NCBI RefSeq assembly: GCF_006345805.1
Contig: NC_043000.1
Coordinates: 90,644,001-90,708,000, forward strand
DNA length: 64,000 nt
Reading direction: 5' to 3'
From: Octopus sinensis
Lineage: Eukaryota
The position numbers were made by a program, and so were the translations under genes. Of the stretch, positions 50,979-64,000 are shown in pieces (position 1 is the first letter of the stretch; every line of letters begins with the position of its first letter). A model generated the notes under the pieces. That model searched no databases. It was given only the letters and a program-made list of their open reading frames with translations, and was not told where the DNA came from.

Positions 50979-52230
50979 CAGGGGTTGGACAAAATAATGG
51001 AAATACCTTAAAATGTCAAACAAATTTATTTTAATATGGGGTAGGACCGCCTTCGGCAGTAATTACACTTGAATTCTACGAGGTGTGAACTCATACAAAG
51101 TTCGAATTGTTTCCAAGGTATTTTTGTCCATTCTTCAGCTAAAACAGTCTCCAGTTCTTGTAGTTATGACTTGTTTTTCTAAAATGCACCATGAATATTC
51201 AATAATATTGAGGTCGAGGGACTGTGGGTGCCAGATAAGATGTTCAACTTCACTAGAATGTTCCTCGTGCCATTCAATAACAACTGAGTGTATTGGTGCA
51301 TTATCATTCTGAAAGATTGCGTTTCCCCCTGGAAACAGTTCCGCAACCATAGGTTGAATTTGATCAGATAAAATTCTTAAATAGTCATGACTATTATTAA
51401 TTCTACCATGAAGGGAAACCATTATGCCGGTGGATTTTCAAGATATAGCCCCCTCCTCGCCAGATTATCACAGATCCTCCTCCATGTTTAACAGTTGGAA
51501 GAAGGCAGTCTGGATCAAATGCTTCTTCTGGCTGTCTCCACGCGTATACTCGGTTGGTGGTCGGAAATAAGGTAAAGGAGGACTCGTCCGAGAAAATAAT
51601 ATTCTTCCACTGTTCTAGGAACCAATCCTGTAGGTTTCTACTCCCCTTTAAACGCTTTGCAACATTTGTTTTTGAAAGTAGTAGTTTTCTGATTGCAGCC
51701 CTTCCGTGAAATATAGCTTTGTGCAGCTCCATGCGAACAGTTTTTGTGGAAACTGGGTTCTGGAGGTGGTCATTAAGCTCTGCAGTAATTTTGGCAGCTG
51801 TACTTTTGTGATCCTTTCTAACAATTCGCGTAAGATTCGGACGGTCCCTGTCTGAAAGTTTTCGTTTTCTTCGGGAGTTTTGTTTCGACGAGGAGGTTTT
51901 TACCTTCTTTCTCGAATGCTGTCATTACTTTCAAGACGATACTTTTTGATACACCAAACATTTCGGCTGTTTTCCTTACGCTAGCGCCTGCAACAGGAGC
52001 ACCAACAATTTGACCTCTTTGAAAGCCCGATAGATCTGTCATTTTAATGAATTTTAATTAGCTTTTTCTGATGATATCTGAAAAGAAACAGCAATTGTAG
52101 CAAAACGTATTAAGCAACACTAATAATAAATTAAAAAACATAAAATTAAACAAGCTTTTGATGGTTTTATAGATAGTTTAAAATTATGATGCTATGATAC
52201 TAGGTGTTTCCATTATTTGTCCAGCTCCTA
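50979..52230 (-). mobile_element. Tc1 (DD34E-type) transposon, near complete with both TIRs, frameshifted transposase
   Basis: TIRs CAGGGGTTGGACAAAATAATGGAAA / TTTCCATTATTTGTCCAGCTCCT; MTDLSGFQRGQIVG; IFSDES; KHGGGSV; FQNDNAPIH; PQSLDLNIIE. Confidence 0.93.
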
Positions 52231-52232
52231 TA

Positions 52233-52267
<35 letters not shown>

Positions 52268-52286
52268 ATATACTATATATATATAC

Positions 52287-52359
<73 letters not shown>

Positions 52360-53387
52360 TATATTTGTGTGTCTGTGTGTGTGTGTGTGTGCGTATTTGT
52401 GTGTCTGCGTTTATCCCGCCACCATCGCTTGGCAACCGATGTTGGTGTATTTACGTCCCCGTAACTTAGTGGATTTCAGTAAAAGGAACCGATAGTTAAG
52501 TACTGGGCTTACAAAGTCCTTGGGTCGATTTGTTCGACTAAAGGCAGTGCTCCAGCATAACACTTTTCTCCCTTCCTTTCTCTTACTCTTTTACCGCCTC
52601 TTCTCCCACTATTCTATCCTCTTACTCTTTCTTTTTCTCCTTTCCTTTCTCTTCTTTTACTTCCACTTCTCTCTCTTTTTTCTAACTTATCCTATCTCCA
52701 AACCTTTTCCCCTACCATTCACAATTCTCTGTCTGTCACTCTCTCTCCCTCACTCTTCTTCCTTTACTCACGTGGCTCCCACGTGACCCTCGGCCATTTT
52801 ACTTTCTCAGCTTAACTTGTGTTTCATTCTTTCTTCCTGTTGCAGCTGGACAAGGAAGACGTATTCTTGTCCGTCTCCTGTCCACGCTTGTTTCTTCGCC
52901 TTCGCCACCACAACCTCGTTTAGGCTTAGTAGCCCTTCCTGTTTGTTTTAACTGTTCTGTTTTGTCAACAATTTTGACCCTCCGGAAAATCTCAAATTTT
53001 ATTTAATTTCCCTTGCGGAAGCAACTGTTTTATTGAAGGCGTATGTTGTCGTGAATTGCTCGAAATACGGATTAAAAAACAGCCAACAGCTAATGAAAGG
53101 TCGTTCTTTGTGTTGGTTCCCTTGTTTTCCATTTGTTTCTTTCGTTGTTCGCAAAAAAGTTCATATTCCATGTCATCATACTTCGTACTTTTTTGTTGTT
53201 TACGTTTTGTGATGTCCTGTGCCCACATATGCACATGTATATACGTATACATGTAAGTATGTACGTATACGTATGTATATATGCACATATATATATTATT
53301 TATATCATGTATATATATATATATATATATAATTTATATTATGTTTGTACATACATATATATGTTATTTGTATTATGTATATATATG

Positions 53388-53821
53388 GTGGAGGCGCAAT
53401 GGCCTAGTGGTTAGGGCAGCGGCCTCGCGGTCGGATGATCATGGTTTCGATTCCCAGACCGGGCATTGTGCGTGTGTTTATTGAGCAAAAAAGAGTACAA
53501 CACCCCTGTTGTACTCTTTAGTGGAGGCGCAATGGCCTAGTGGTTAGGGCAGCGGACTCGCGATCGTAGGATCACGGTCGTAGGATCACGTTGTGTGTGT
53601 TTATTGAGCGAAAACACACAAAGCTCCACGGAGCTCCGGCAGGAGGTGGTGGCGATCCCTGCTGTACTCCTTCGCCACAACTTTCTCTCACTCTTTCTTC
53701 TGTGGGCCTGCTCGCTTAGCCAGCGGGGTGGCGTCATTTGAAGGCTAAAACAATGTGAAGCGCATTGTGACCAGCCATGGGTAGCAACATCTGATAGCCT
53801 GGTCGGTCACGGTGATCACGG

Positions 53822-53825
<4 letters not shown>
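53388..53825 (+). mobile_element. SINE S3 with duplicated head (53388, 53521), tail type b
   Basis: GGAGGCGCAATGGCCTAGTGGTTAGGGCAGCGG twice; ends GGTCACGGTGATCACGGTGAT. Confidence 0.85.
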
Positions 53826-53864
<39 letters not shown>

Positions 53865-54589
53865 ACGAGTTTCTTTCAGTTTCCTCCTATCAAATTCACT
53901 AAGTTCAAATCGCTAAGTTGCAAGAACGTTAAGAAACCAGCATTGGTGGCCAAGGTTTGTTTGGGATAAAAGCAAAGACAATGATGACACATCTATCTAT
54001 CTGTCTCTTTCTCTCTCTTTCTGCTCTCTCTTTATCTGTCTGTCTGTATATATGTATTTGATCGGCTTCTTTCTATTTCCGTCTACCACATCGACTAACA
54101 AGGCATTGGTGCAAGTGTCTTTTACTGTATATATGTATCTGTTAGGCTAACATAATCGTTTCATACCCACAAGGTACCGGATTCGATATTACTATGCAGT
54201 ACTTTGCGTAAGCTGTCTTATGCTGCAGCCTTGAGTTGGCTAATATATTTTGATATAAGAATATAATCGCATAGTTTCTTTACCGACACTAATGAATGTA
54301 TCGGCATACGGATAAATAATGCCAGTTCTTGTTCCTAAGAGCTTTTTCCACAACCAGTCGCAAGGGGCTTTCTCTTTCTGTCAAATTAATTGAGTATGAG
54401 CTCCTGATGTGCAGGCATTTACCAACTGAAGCTAGTGGAAATGTCCTCTGTTTCGCTTTACAGGGCGTTCCCATGTTCATTGGCACAGAAATGATAAATT
54501 TATGCTTATAAAATATAAGGAACTATGTACGTATGTTCTATCTATCTATCTATCTTTCTAAATTAACATGTTCGCCTTTAAAAATCTTC

Positions 54590-55345
54590 TCATATAGACG
54601 CATAGTGTATAAAAGCACCGACATATATAGGAGCAGACAAGAATCGATGGTATAGGTGACAGAAATGCCAGACCAGGAGATTTCAGCATACTGAGCTTCT
54701 TCAGCGGCAAGCGCGTCCGGTGTGTGTAGGATCAGTATTTTTGAAGGATAAAATGTTCAGTTTACAATCACAAGATCCCGTGTTGGAATCCGTTGCATGG
54801 CATTTTGCACAAATTTTTTCAATGCCCTCGTGTGGAGCCATACATTGTGAGTAAAATTAGGTTGACCGGAATTGTGTAGAAGCCTGTGGGTAGATTGTGC
54901 CTGTGATCCAAAGAGGTACAATCTTGGCATACACTCTAACCTGCTAATACATCGTATTCTATAACCGATAGATTTTATATATATCACACAACAGGAACAA
55001 TTTCAGAATTATGGAAGCCCTCCTTATAAAAAAAAATGATACCAGCCATTAATAACTGGAAGGAAGTGCATGAAACAGACTGGTTGCTATAGTAACAACA
55101 CTCCGCGCATGTCACCTTCGTCCTTCCTTCCCTGTCCCTTCTCCTTCCCCCTACACACCACCTGAGCAATAAACTTATTCTAGCCACAGCTTTTCTGAAT
55201 GTCCTGAAGACGGGGTCTTCACCCCGAAATATAGCAAAACAAAGCAAAATTGTAACTTCGTTCCGTTTTCTTTTCCTTTTGCAGTTTACTTTGGACCTTC
55301 TTGCATTGTTCTGCTTTACACAACTACATTGCTTCACAAAAACTA
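54590..55345 (+). mobile_element. PLE 3' fragment of another family: decayed GIY-YIG end plus pseudo-LTR with degenerate hammerhead (55201-55240)
   Basis: IVYK..TYIG relic; FRIMEALLIKKMIPAIN; GTC-CTGAAGA-C-GGGG-TCTTCA-CCCC-GAAA. Confidence 0.65.
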
Positions 55346-55383
55346 CCTCATATATGTATATATATATAATATATATATATATT

Positions 55384-55427
<44 letters not shown>

Positions 55428-55589
55428 TATTAATATATATTATATAGATTGACACTGATTTCACTTTATATATATATATACAATATATAAGATATATATA
55501 CACACACATGCATATACATACATATCTATATACATGTAAGTGTGTATGTTCGTATGTATATATATACAAAGGTCGATATAGTTTGGAAT

Positions 55590-55720
55590 GGGTGACGTCG
55601 CAACACGTTTCTACAGCAGAGTGAACTGAAGCAGCATGAGATAAAGTGTCTTGCTCAAGAACACAACGCACAGTCCTGTCTGGGAATTGAGAGCCCGACG
55701 CTCTACTGCCTGAGCCATGC
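55590..55720 (-). mobile_element. Diverged tRNA-derived SINE of another family
   Basis: Minus strand GCATGGCTCAGGCAGTAGAG...GCGTTGTGTTCTTGAGCAAGACACTTTATCTCATGCTGCT. Confidence 0.6.
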
Positions 55721-55747
55721 GTATATGTATGTATGTATGTATGTGTG

Positions 55748-55778
<31 letters not shown>

Positions 55779-55807
55779 TATATATTATATATATATATAT
55801 ATATATA

Positions 55808-56010
55808 ACGGGAAGCTTTATGAAAATAAACAAAAGACGAAGGCAGGTGGAAAACAAACGAACAATTGTATTAGTATGGCGCTCAGGAAATATAAATAAA
55901 ACAAGTCTTTAACGTTTCGAGCCTACGCTCTTCAACAGAAAGATACACAGAGAGAGAAAAACACAGAAAAAGGAAGGAGAGAAAAAAAATGCGTGCAGTA
56001 GCTAACGAAT
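55808..56010 (-). mobile_element. Family A PLE-derived repeat (core CTGTTGA)
   Basis: Plus strand TTAACGTTTCGAGCCTACGCTCTTCAACAGAAAG. Confidence 0.7.
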
Positions 56011-57469
56011 CAACATGGCGATCTGATTTCGGCCAGAGGTCAAAGATCAAACATGAGACGCGAGAGCGAAATAAGGGGAGATAATAGGGTTGATAAAAGG
56101 GTTGAGGGACCAGCAAAAGTGCGTGGGAGGGGTCTGGATGTGTGTATGTATAGGGTTGGTGTATGTATTAGTATGTATAAGGGTTGTGTGTGTGTGTGTG
56201 TGTGTGTGTGTATGAGAGAGTATTAGTGCGTAGGATTGGTCTGGACGTGCGTATGTATGGGGTTGGTGTATGTATTAGTATGTATTAGTATGTATTAGTA
56301 CGTATTGGTATGTATAGGTGTGTGTGTGTGTGAGAGAGTATAAGTGCGTATCGGGGTCTGGACGTGTGTATGTATAGGGTTGGTGTAAGTATTAGTATGT
56401 ACTAGTATGTATTAGTACGTATTAGTATGTATTAGTTGGTGTGTGTATTAGTATGGCACATCATATGTGATGTGATGTGTAAAGTCATGTGGTGTAGTGA
56501 GGAGAAGAGGGGGAGGGGGGAAGAGGAGGGAGAGAAGGGGAGGGGAAGAAGAAGAGGGATATACACATATGTGTGTGTGTGTGCGTATGTGCGTGTGGCT
56601 GTATGTGTATGTCTTTGCTTTTACGTTTCCCCCTTACCCTATCATTTGACAAATGGTCTTTTATTCAGTGGTTTTTACGTCTTTCTTAAAGAAAGAACGA
56701 GAATGTGATTGTCATTTAGCAGTTATTTCTAGCAAGGCGATCGACCGCGTAGTCTAACTAGAACTATAATAGTTTCTAACTTAGGCACAAGTCTAAAACT
56801 TTGTGACAAAATGAATCGGCTCCTGTAATTGATTCGTACTTATTGTATCGATCTCGGAAGGAAGAAATGGGAAAGCCGACACCAGGGGGTGTTCTCAAGA
56901 GAACAATAAGGTATTGTCTTTACAAATGTCTAATGTGATTCCCAGCCGGCATATTTCATATACACAATGTGTAATAACTCTTTTAGGGGGGTAGCAAAAA
57001 TTTCTTTAAGCAAAATCAACAAAAAGCAAACACGAAATGAAAAATCCTGTAGGATAATTGGGTATAATTTCGCGTATTTCTTACAAACATTCATTATTTT
57101 GAAGGGAAATCAAGATGGCAGCCATGTCTTGAATCGATGGTGGCTTCGCTTGTATCACATTTTGGATCAGCAATATAATTTATCCGTGTATCACGACGAG
57201 TCGACAGTTTTCATTATGTATTATGTGTTATGCATTCGATAATACATATATATATATATATAAATCTACATAGTAAAAATATACATATAGACATACCTAT
57301 ATATATATATATATATATATATAGACAGACGCAAACACATATTTACATACACAAAGTATATATATATATATATATGAATGTATAAATAAATAAAAATATA
57401 TATATATATACGCATATACGAATATCTGTGTTTATGCGTACGTCTATGCGTGGATTCATAGAGTATTGT

Positions 57470-57516
<47 letters not shown>

Positions 57517-58499
57517 TCCCTCTTTCTCTCATTTCATATATGTGTGTGTATGTATATGAATATATATATATATATACACACGTACGTACAAACACACACA
57601 TACATATATGTATATATATGCACACATACATATACACGAACTGACACAAATATTTATATACATACATACAAATACACATATATATGTATATATATATATA
57701 TTCATATACATGTGTATATGCGTATATTTGTGTGTATATATATACATACCTATATATTTGTATATATGCTTCTGTGTTTTTGCTTGTGTATATATGTGTG
57801 ATTATATATAGTTTTTGATTATTTTTCTCTTCTCTGATTATGAAAGTTACACTCTCTCACTCACTCATAGTCTTAGCTCATTTCGACCAAATGGTGTCGC
57901 TTCTTCAATTTACGCTATTCGTTCTTTCATTCACTCCATATCATTCCTCGTAGAATTTAATTTCTTTTCTATCCTAATAACCTATCACTGACAAGCGGAA
58001 TGTTGAAATATAATTACGATTAAGATTATTATCCTTTTCTCTCTCTCCATCACAACCTCTCCTTTATTCAAAACGTAATGAAAAGCTAAAACAGAACGCG
58101 TTTGAAAAACAATAGAAAAAGTCTAAGCAACGAAAGAGAATTTGACAACGCTGCAAATTTTATACTTTTCATTTTTTCCTTTCTTTTTACAACCCTTCCA
58201 TACTCACTCATTCTGTACAGCCAGTTCTTTCACTGCTCGGCAATTGGATATTAATTAAGCCGAAAATTTGGGAATCTATATTCAAATAACTATTATGGGA
58301 AAAGGGGTCTGATTTTATATTTTATATTTTATATATTTATTTGCATTTATTTAAAATTCTATAAATAATGTGTAAGGTGTATGAAATCTTATTAAAATTT
58401 TCGAGATAAGAGAAAATTAAACTGAAGGACATGAAGAAAATTAGTTATTTATTTGAGGTTAAGAAATGACATAATTATAAGTTGATGTAACATGAAATA

Positions 58500-58538
58500 A
58501 TGATAATGATAATGATGATGGTGATGATGATGATGATC

Positions 58539-58596
<58 letters not shown>

Positions 58597-58807
58597 GAAT
58601 AATAATAATTTAATAGTAATAGTAATAATAATAATTTAATAGTAATAGTAATAATGATTATTATAATAACTATTATTATTATGCTTATGATTATGACTAA
58701 TAATTTTCCTCCTCCTCCTCCTTCCCCTCCGCCTCTTTATTCTTCTTCTTTTACTACTACTATTACAATATTAATGATGATGATAATATTGCTGCTGCTG
58801 CCACTAT

Positions 58808-58845
<38 letters not shown>

Positions 58846-59070
58846 TTACTACTGCTACTACTACTACTACTGCTACTACTACAACTGCTACTACTACTAC
58901 TACTACTGCTGTTCCTGCTGCTACTATTACTACTACTACTACTACTACTACTACTACAACAACTACTACTATTACTGCTACTGCTGCTGCTGCTGCTACT
59001 GCTGTTCCTGCTGCTACTACTACTACTACTACTACTACTACTGCAATGATAGTAATAACACTAATGATAA
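58500..59070. repeat. (ATA)n, (CCT)n, (CTA/CTG)n trinucleotide tract
   Basis: Direct reading; explains the poly-Leu ORF. Confidence 0.95.
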
Positions 59071-60250
59071 TGCACCATACAGGGAAAATGATTTTAAAAG
59101 GAGGAAAAAACCATTAATTCATAAAAATTTGAAAAAAGATGGAAGCTTGTTTTCCCATATAGAGTATATGTAGAATGTTGCTCTTGTCTGGTCGCAATGC
59201 CAACCGATCGGTTTATTTGGTTTAGTATTTTATTACGATTACGTAATTACCATTTTCCTATGATGAAGAAAAAAAGCACCCCAAAAGGACGGCGTTGAGT
59301 GAAATAAGTTAGTTGCATAATAAGCTATACGCCTTGATTTCGTATTGTGTCAGTGGCTTACGTCGGAGAATGAAATATTATACCTCTTTCTCATGGGATT
59401 TGTCAGAAGGACACCCTTAAGAACAGATACATTCCCATGAAGACGCTCAATGGTTAATGATCAATAGTAGAGATTTGTTGGGACACCACTGTCTCAAAAT
59501 AAAAAAAAAACGGTACAGGGCAGGAATGCAGTAGGGCCTTTTTTGCGTGACGTACGCGACAGTCAGGGCAAATTATGAAATATCTAAGCTGTAAATCGTC
59601 AGCATTTACTAGAATTACATTGATGCATTTTCCACAGCAATGTTTGACTACCGAGGCTAGTATTACAGAAAAAAAAAAATTCCCTGGAATGTATGTTGAA
59701 TTTTTTTAAGAGGATCCCAAAACTGTGACGTACGTGACATCGAACAAAACATTTATTACTTGAAAATATTAAGTGCTAATTCTTCTGAATTTCTCAAGAG
59801 TACCATGAGAAGCTTCATTGTGTTTATTTACATTGACTTGAAATTCCAGAAAATGCTAATGTGTTTGCTGGACAACAATGTCTTCGGTCACCATTCACCT
59901 CTAGCATGACGTGCATGACGAAAATGTATGTGATATTTTGAAGACAAATATTTTCTGTATCTTCCAAATCTGTAAAGAAATTTCCTAATATTGATATCTG
60001 GTGGAAAACGAACCATTTCAAAAAACCTTTATAGATATGTAGTAATTTTTATGAGTAGTCTAAAATTTTTGAAAACTTGCTTTGGTTTCACTTGCATAAG
60101 AATGGTCCAAATAGGGAGACTATTTGCGTTGAAGTCAATGAAAACGTGGACGTGAGAGATGTCCTCGGTGATGGACTGGAATTACTAAAATTAGCTGGCA
60201 ATTTCGTGGTGTTTGGGGAGCTAAAGAATAACACCAAAGAATAACACAAA

Positions 60251-60480
60251 AGGCGGTGAGCTGGCAGAAACGTTAGCACGCCGGGCGAAATGCTTAGCGG
60301 TATTTCGTCTGTCGTTACGTTCTGAGTTCAAATTCCGCCGAGGTCGACTTTGTCTTTCATCCTTTCGGGGTCGATTAAATAAGTACCAGTTGCGCACTGG
60401 GGTGGATGTAATCGACTTAATCCGTGTGTCTGTCCTTGTTTGTCTCCTCTGTGTTTAGCCCCTTGTGGGTAGTAAAGAAA
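60251..60480 (+). mobile_element. SINE S2, near consensus (Meta/MESC-like central domain)
   Basis: AGGCGGTGAGCTGGCAGAAACGTTAGCACGCCGGGCG; B-box GAGTTCAAATTCC; CTTTCATCCTTTCGGGGTCGATTAAATAAGTACCAG. Confidence 0.9.
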
Positions 60481-61039
60481 AAAAAATAATAACACCACTA
60501 TTATTCCATCTTATCAGATACATCGTTTATCCCAGATTACATTATCTAGATTATCCGGTCTTCTTTTAATTGCTATTTAAAGTGTGATATGAGAAAGGCT
60601 TTCTTGCTATTTTAGAGGACTGAGCAGCAACATTTTTCGAGAAGCGAGCCGCATGAGACATGAATTATCAGGAAAACCGTATTATTAAATAAATTCAAGG
60701 TATTATTTCGTTGGTGTGCCATTCAGAAAGCCCAGCGGCCTACAGTCTGCCTATAACTGATTTAAAGGCTTTATTAGGGGTAGTGACATGTCTTGACGTG
60801 GTAGATGTGTACGTGATTAGTGTATGTATGTTTCCGGGATACTTAATTATCCACATACTAGAAGTGCTCTCTCATCAATGTAAAACTTAAATAATAAATG
60901 GTCTTTGAAGAATTATTAGAGGCGTGTTATTACGTGAGATTATCTCTGACAAATTATCGTGAATATAGATCAACGATTATTTATCCTAAAGTACAAGAAG
61001 ATTATCTTAAACCTTAAATGGTTGCACTACAGTATAAGG

Positions 61040-61185
61040 TATATTTAAAGTCTACCTATCTTAGATATATATAGAATTACGATCAAATACGGATGAGGGA
61101 TATATGTCTTCCAGGATAGGATAGTAGCGACTGAGAATAGGTTTCCAACCACAACATAACATATATCTAAAGGGCTACCTATCTC

Positions 61186-61217
<32 letters not shown>

Positions 61218-61745
61218 ATATATATATATAGCTAGTCTTCCTGGATAGGTCAGTAGTCTACTGAGAGTACGTTTCCAATCACAGCATAAAATATATTTCA
61301 GATATATAGATTTATGGTTAAATACCGATAAGGACATGTATCTTCCTGGATAGGACAATAGTTCTACTGAGAGTATGTCTCCTACTGCGACATAAGATAT
61401 ATTTAAAGTCTACCTATTTCAGATGTATAGAGTTATTGTTCAATACGGATGTGGGACATATCTTCCTGGATAGGACAGTAGCCGACTGAGAATAGGTTTC
61501 AAACCACAGCATAAAATATATTTAAAGTCTACCTATCTCAGATATGTAGAGCTATGGGTTAAATACAGATGAAGGACATATCTTCCTGGATAGGACAATA
61601 GTCTATTGAGATTGAGCCTCCAACCGCGGCAAAAAATATATTTAAAGTCTACCTATTTCAGATATAATGAGCTATGGATTAAATATGAATGAGGGACATG
61701 CATCTTCCTGGATAGGACTGTAGTCTATTGAAAAATATTTCCTAG
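61040..61745. repeat. ~119-bp tandem minisatellite, about 6 diverged units
   Basis: TATATTTAAAGTCTACCTAT at ~61040, 61398, 61517, 61637; TCTTCCTGGATAGG in each unit. Confidence 0.88.
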
Positions 61746-61989
61746 AAAATCTCTGTTACTATTGTTCCTCATAGTTCTGTCAAACGAAATAAAGTACAAA
61801 TAGTTGGAACGGAAATTTTAAGTTAAAAATTTTAATTTTAACATTTTTGAGCTAATCTCAACTGAAAAATTCTCCAGTTTCCTTCTGTATCCAAATCAAA
61901 AATTTATTTCATTTGTATTTTATTTTTTTTTATATTTTAGTATTGCAATATGTCTTTTTAATTTTCTGTGATTTCAAAATTTCTATCAA

Positions 61990-62125
61990 AGGCATGGCTG
62001 CGTGGTAACAAACTTGCTTTCCAACCACATGGTTCCAGGATCAGTCTTACTGCGTGGCACCTTAGCCGACTGTCTTCTACAATAGCCTTGGTCCAACTAA
62101 AGCCTTATGAGTAGATTTGCTAGAC
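61990..62125 (+). mobile_element. SINE S1 head and CORE-like domain
   Basis: GGCATGGCTGCGTGGTAACAAACTTGCTT...GCGTGGCACCTTAG. Confidence 0.75.
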
Positions 62126-62129
62126 AGCT

Positions 62130-62477
62130 TTTTCTTTTTCATTATAACCATCTTTATTGTCATTATTATCATGGCCGTTGCCGCTATCTTTGCTGTCGCC
62201 GTCGTCCTCATTGTGACCGTCGTCGTCGTATTCGTCGTTTTCGCCGTCGACATTGTTGCCGTCGTTGTCATCATCATCATCCTCATCACCATCATCACCA
62301 TCATCATCGTGATCGTGGTGGTGCTGGTTCTCGTCATCGTCGTCGCCACCGTCGCAGCCGTTGCCGCCGTCGCCGCCGTCGCCGCCGTCGCCGCCGTCGC
62401 CGCCGTCGCCACCATCGCCACCATCGCCACCATCGCCGTCGTCGTCGTCATCAAAATCGTTGTAGTCGTCGTCGTCG

Positions 62478-62508
<31 letters not shown>

Positions 62509-62880
62509 TATTATCATCATCATCATCATCATCATCATCCTCATCCTCATCATCATCATCATCACCATCACCATCATCATCAACATCATCATCATCATCG
62601 TGATTGTCGTGGTGCTGGTCGTAATCATCGTCGTCGCCACCGTCACCTTCGTCGTCGTGTGTCATCATCATCATCATCGTTGTAGTCGTCGACATCATCG
62701 TCGTCGTCGTCGTCATCATCATCTTCATCATCATCATCAGAGTGATCGTGTTGGTGCTGGTCGTCGTCATCGTCGTCGCCACCGTCGCCGTTGTCATCGT
62801 CGTCGTCGTCGTCGTCAACATCATCATCATCATCATCATCATCGTCACAGTCATAATCATTATGATTATAATTGTCATTG
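62130..62880. repeat. (CAT)n/(CGT)n/(CGC)n compound trinucleotide tract
   Basis: Direct reading; open in several frames as expected of such repeats. Confidence 0.9.
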
Positions 62881-63176
62881 TCGCTGCCTTACCTATTTTC
62901 CAGAATGCTGTGTTCTTGTTTATGTTGCTTCTTTCTCTTTATGTTCCACCCCGTTTCTTGTTTTGCACCACGGGGTAGGAAAGGAGCAATGATGGTTAAA
63001 ATAAGGTGTCTATGATACACTCGCCCATACACAGACATGTACAGGCACACATACACACACACACGCGCACACACACAAAAACACAATTACACACAAATAT
63101 GCATACAAACATGCAGGCATTTTCAAAATATTAAACGAATTTTTATGTAAAGAGTTAACTATGAGACGACAAAATA

Positions 63177-63216
<40 letters not shown>

Positions 63217-63458
63217 AGACACACACACACATATATGCATATATCCGTCAATCAATTCATGCACCCAGCCTTCATCCACAGTTACGTGCATCCATACACA
63301 AGCATACACACACGCGCGCGCACACCCCCACAAACAAACACACACACACTCACACTCACATACACACACATGCACATACATAGATGCATACGTACATACT
63401 CAAGCACTTACGTACATGCATATACGTAGATATATATGTGTGTGTCTTTATATGTATA

Positions 63459-63493
<35 letters not shown>

Positions 63494-63575
63494 TTATACA
63501 CACATACAAACATGCATATATAAAAGAAATATGGGTATGTGTATACATATATATACATACATACATACATACACC

Positions 63576-63642
<67 letters not shown>

Positions 63643-64000
63643 TAGCCATCCTTCCATACATACATGCACTAATAAAATATAACAATAAAAATAACGAAAA
63701 CAAAACGAAAAAACAAGGAAGTAACAAGCTCAACAACGGAATTTACACACAAACAGAAAATAGCAAAAATATACGATTTTGTATTAGAAATGTGCACTTG
63801 TTTTGATGATTGAGTACATTTGTTGTTGTTATTTTAAGTTCGTGTCAAATAGCTTAATAAAAACTATTAATGCCTGTCAAAATGTTTCCATGACAATACA
63901 ACAATACCGTTATTATCTAAAAGAATTCAAGGCAGATTCTCCTGTTTTTTTTCCCCTCTGGAACTTTTTGTTAATTTAAGAATATTTTAGAGGCAGTTTT

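Noticed and set aside
53388-53470. tRNA genes at S1/S2/S3 heads
   Set aside because: A/B boxes are present but no complete cloverleaf is evident, and each continues into SINE body sequence
61040-61745. CRISPR-like array
   Set aside because: Units are contiguous and homologous along their whole length, with no unique spacers and no cas genes; eukaryotic context
62120-62878. Acidic biomineralisation-type protein gene
   Set aside because: Pure trinucleotide low complexity open in several frames, no signal peptide or splice evidence; kept only as a low-interest note

Overview
AT-rich eukaryotic DNA saturated with microsatellites and transposable elements. The three tRNA-derived SINE families are ones I recognise from Octopus genomes, so the source is probably an octopus; this is an inference, not a database result. 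There are no prokaryotic features or CRISPR arrays and no host gene I can call with confidence. Almost all ORFs in the supplied track are microsatellite artefacts. Recognisable content: SINEs, R4/Dong-type LINE fragments, Tc1/mariner transposons of four lineages, a hAT-like element and many Penelope-like element (PLE) derivatives. The main unannotated signal is a dense set of type I hammerhead ribozyme (HHR) motifs from several unrelated repeat families. Four have intact cores with palindromic stem III: a tandem pair 616 nt apart (1770-1887, 2386-2503; retrozyme-like), a solo copy at 39869-39988, and the 3' pseudo-LTR of a near-full-length PLE (41101-45314). The PLE's other pseudo-LTR carries the same core with a 1-nt stem II deletion. 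Variant or degenerate motifs lie at 2947/3648, 23182, 35568, 55201 and in a dispersed ~200-bp family. A weaker signal is a possible terminal exon at 4836-4430 (-) with a tachykinin-like FKGLMG motif and a 9-bp Gly/Ala/His/Pro repeat. All RNA folds were done by eye, and coordinates of degenerate repeats are approximate.
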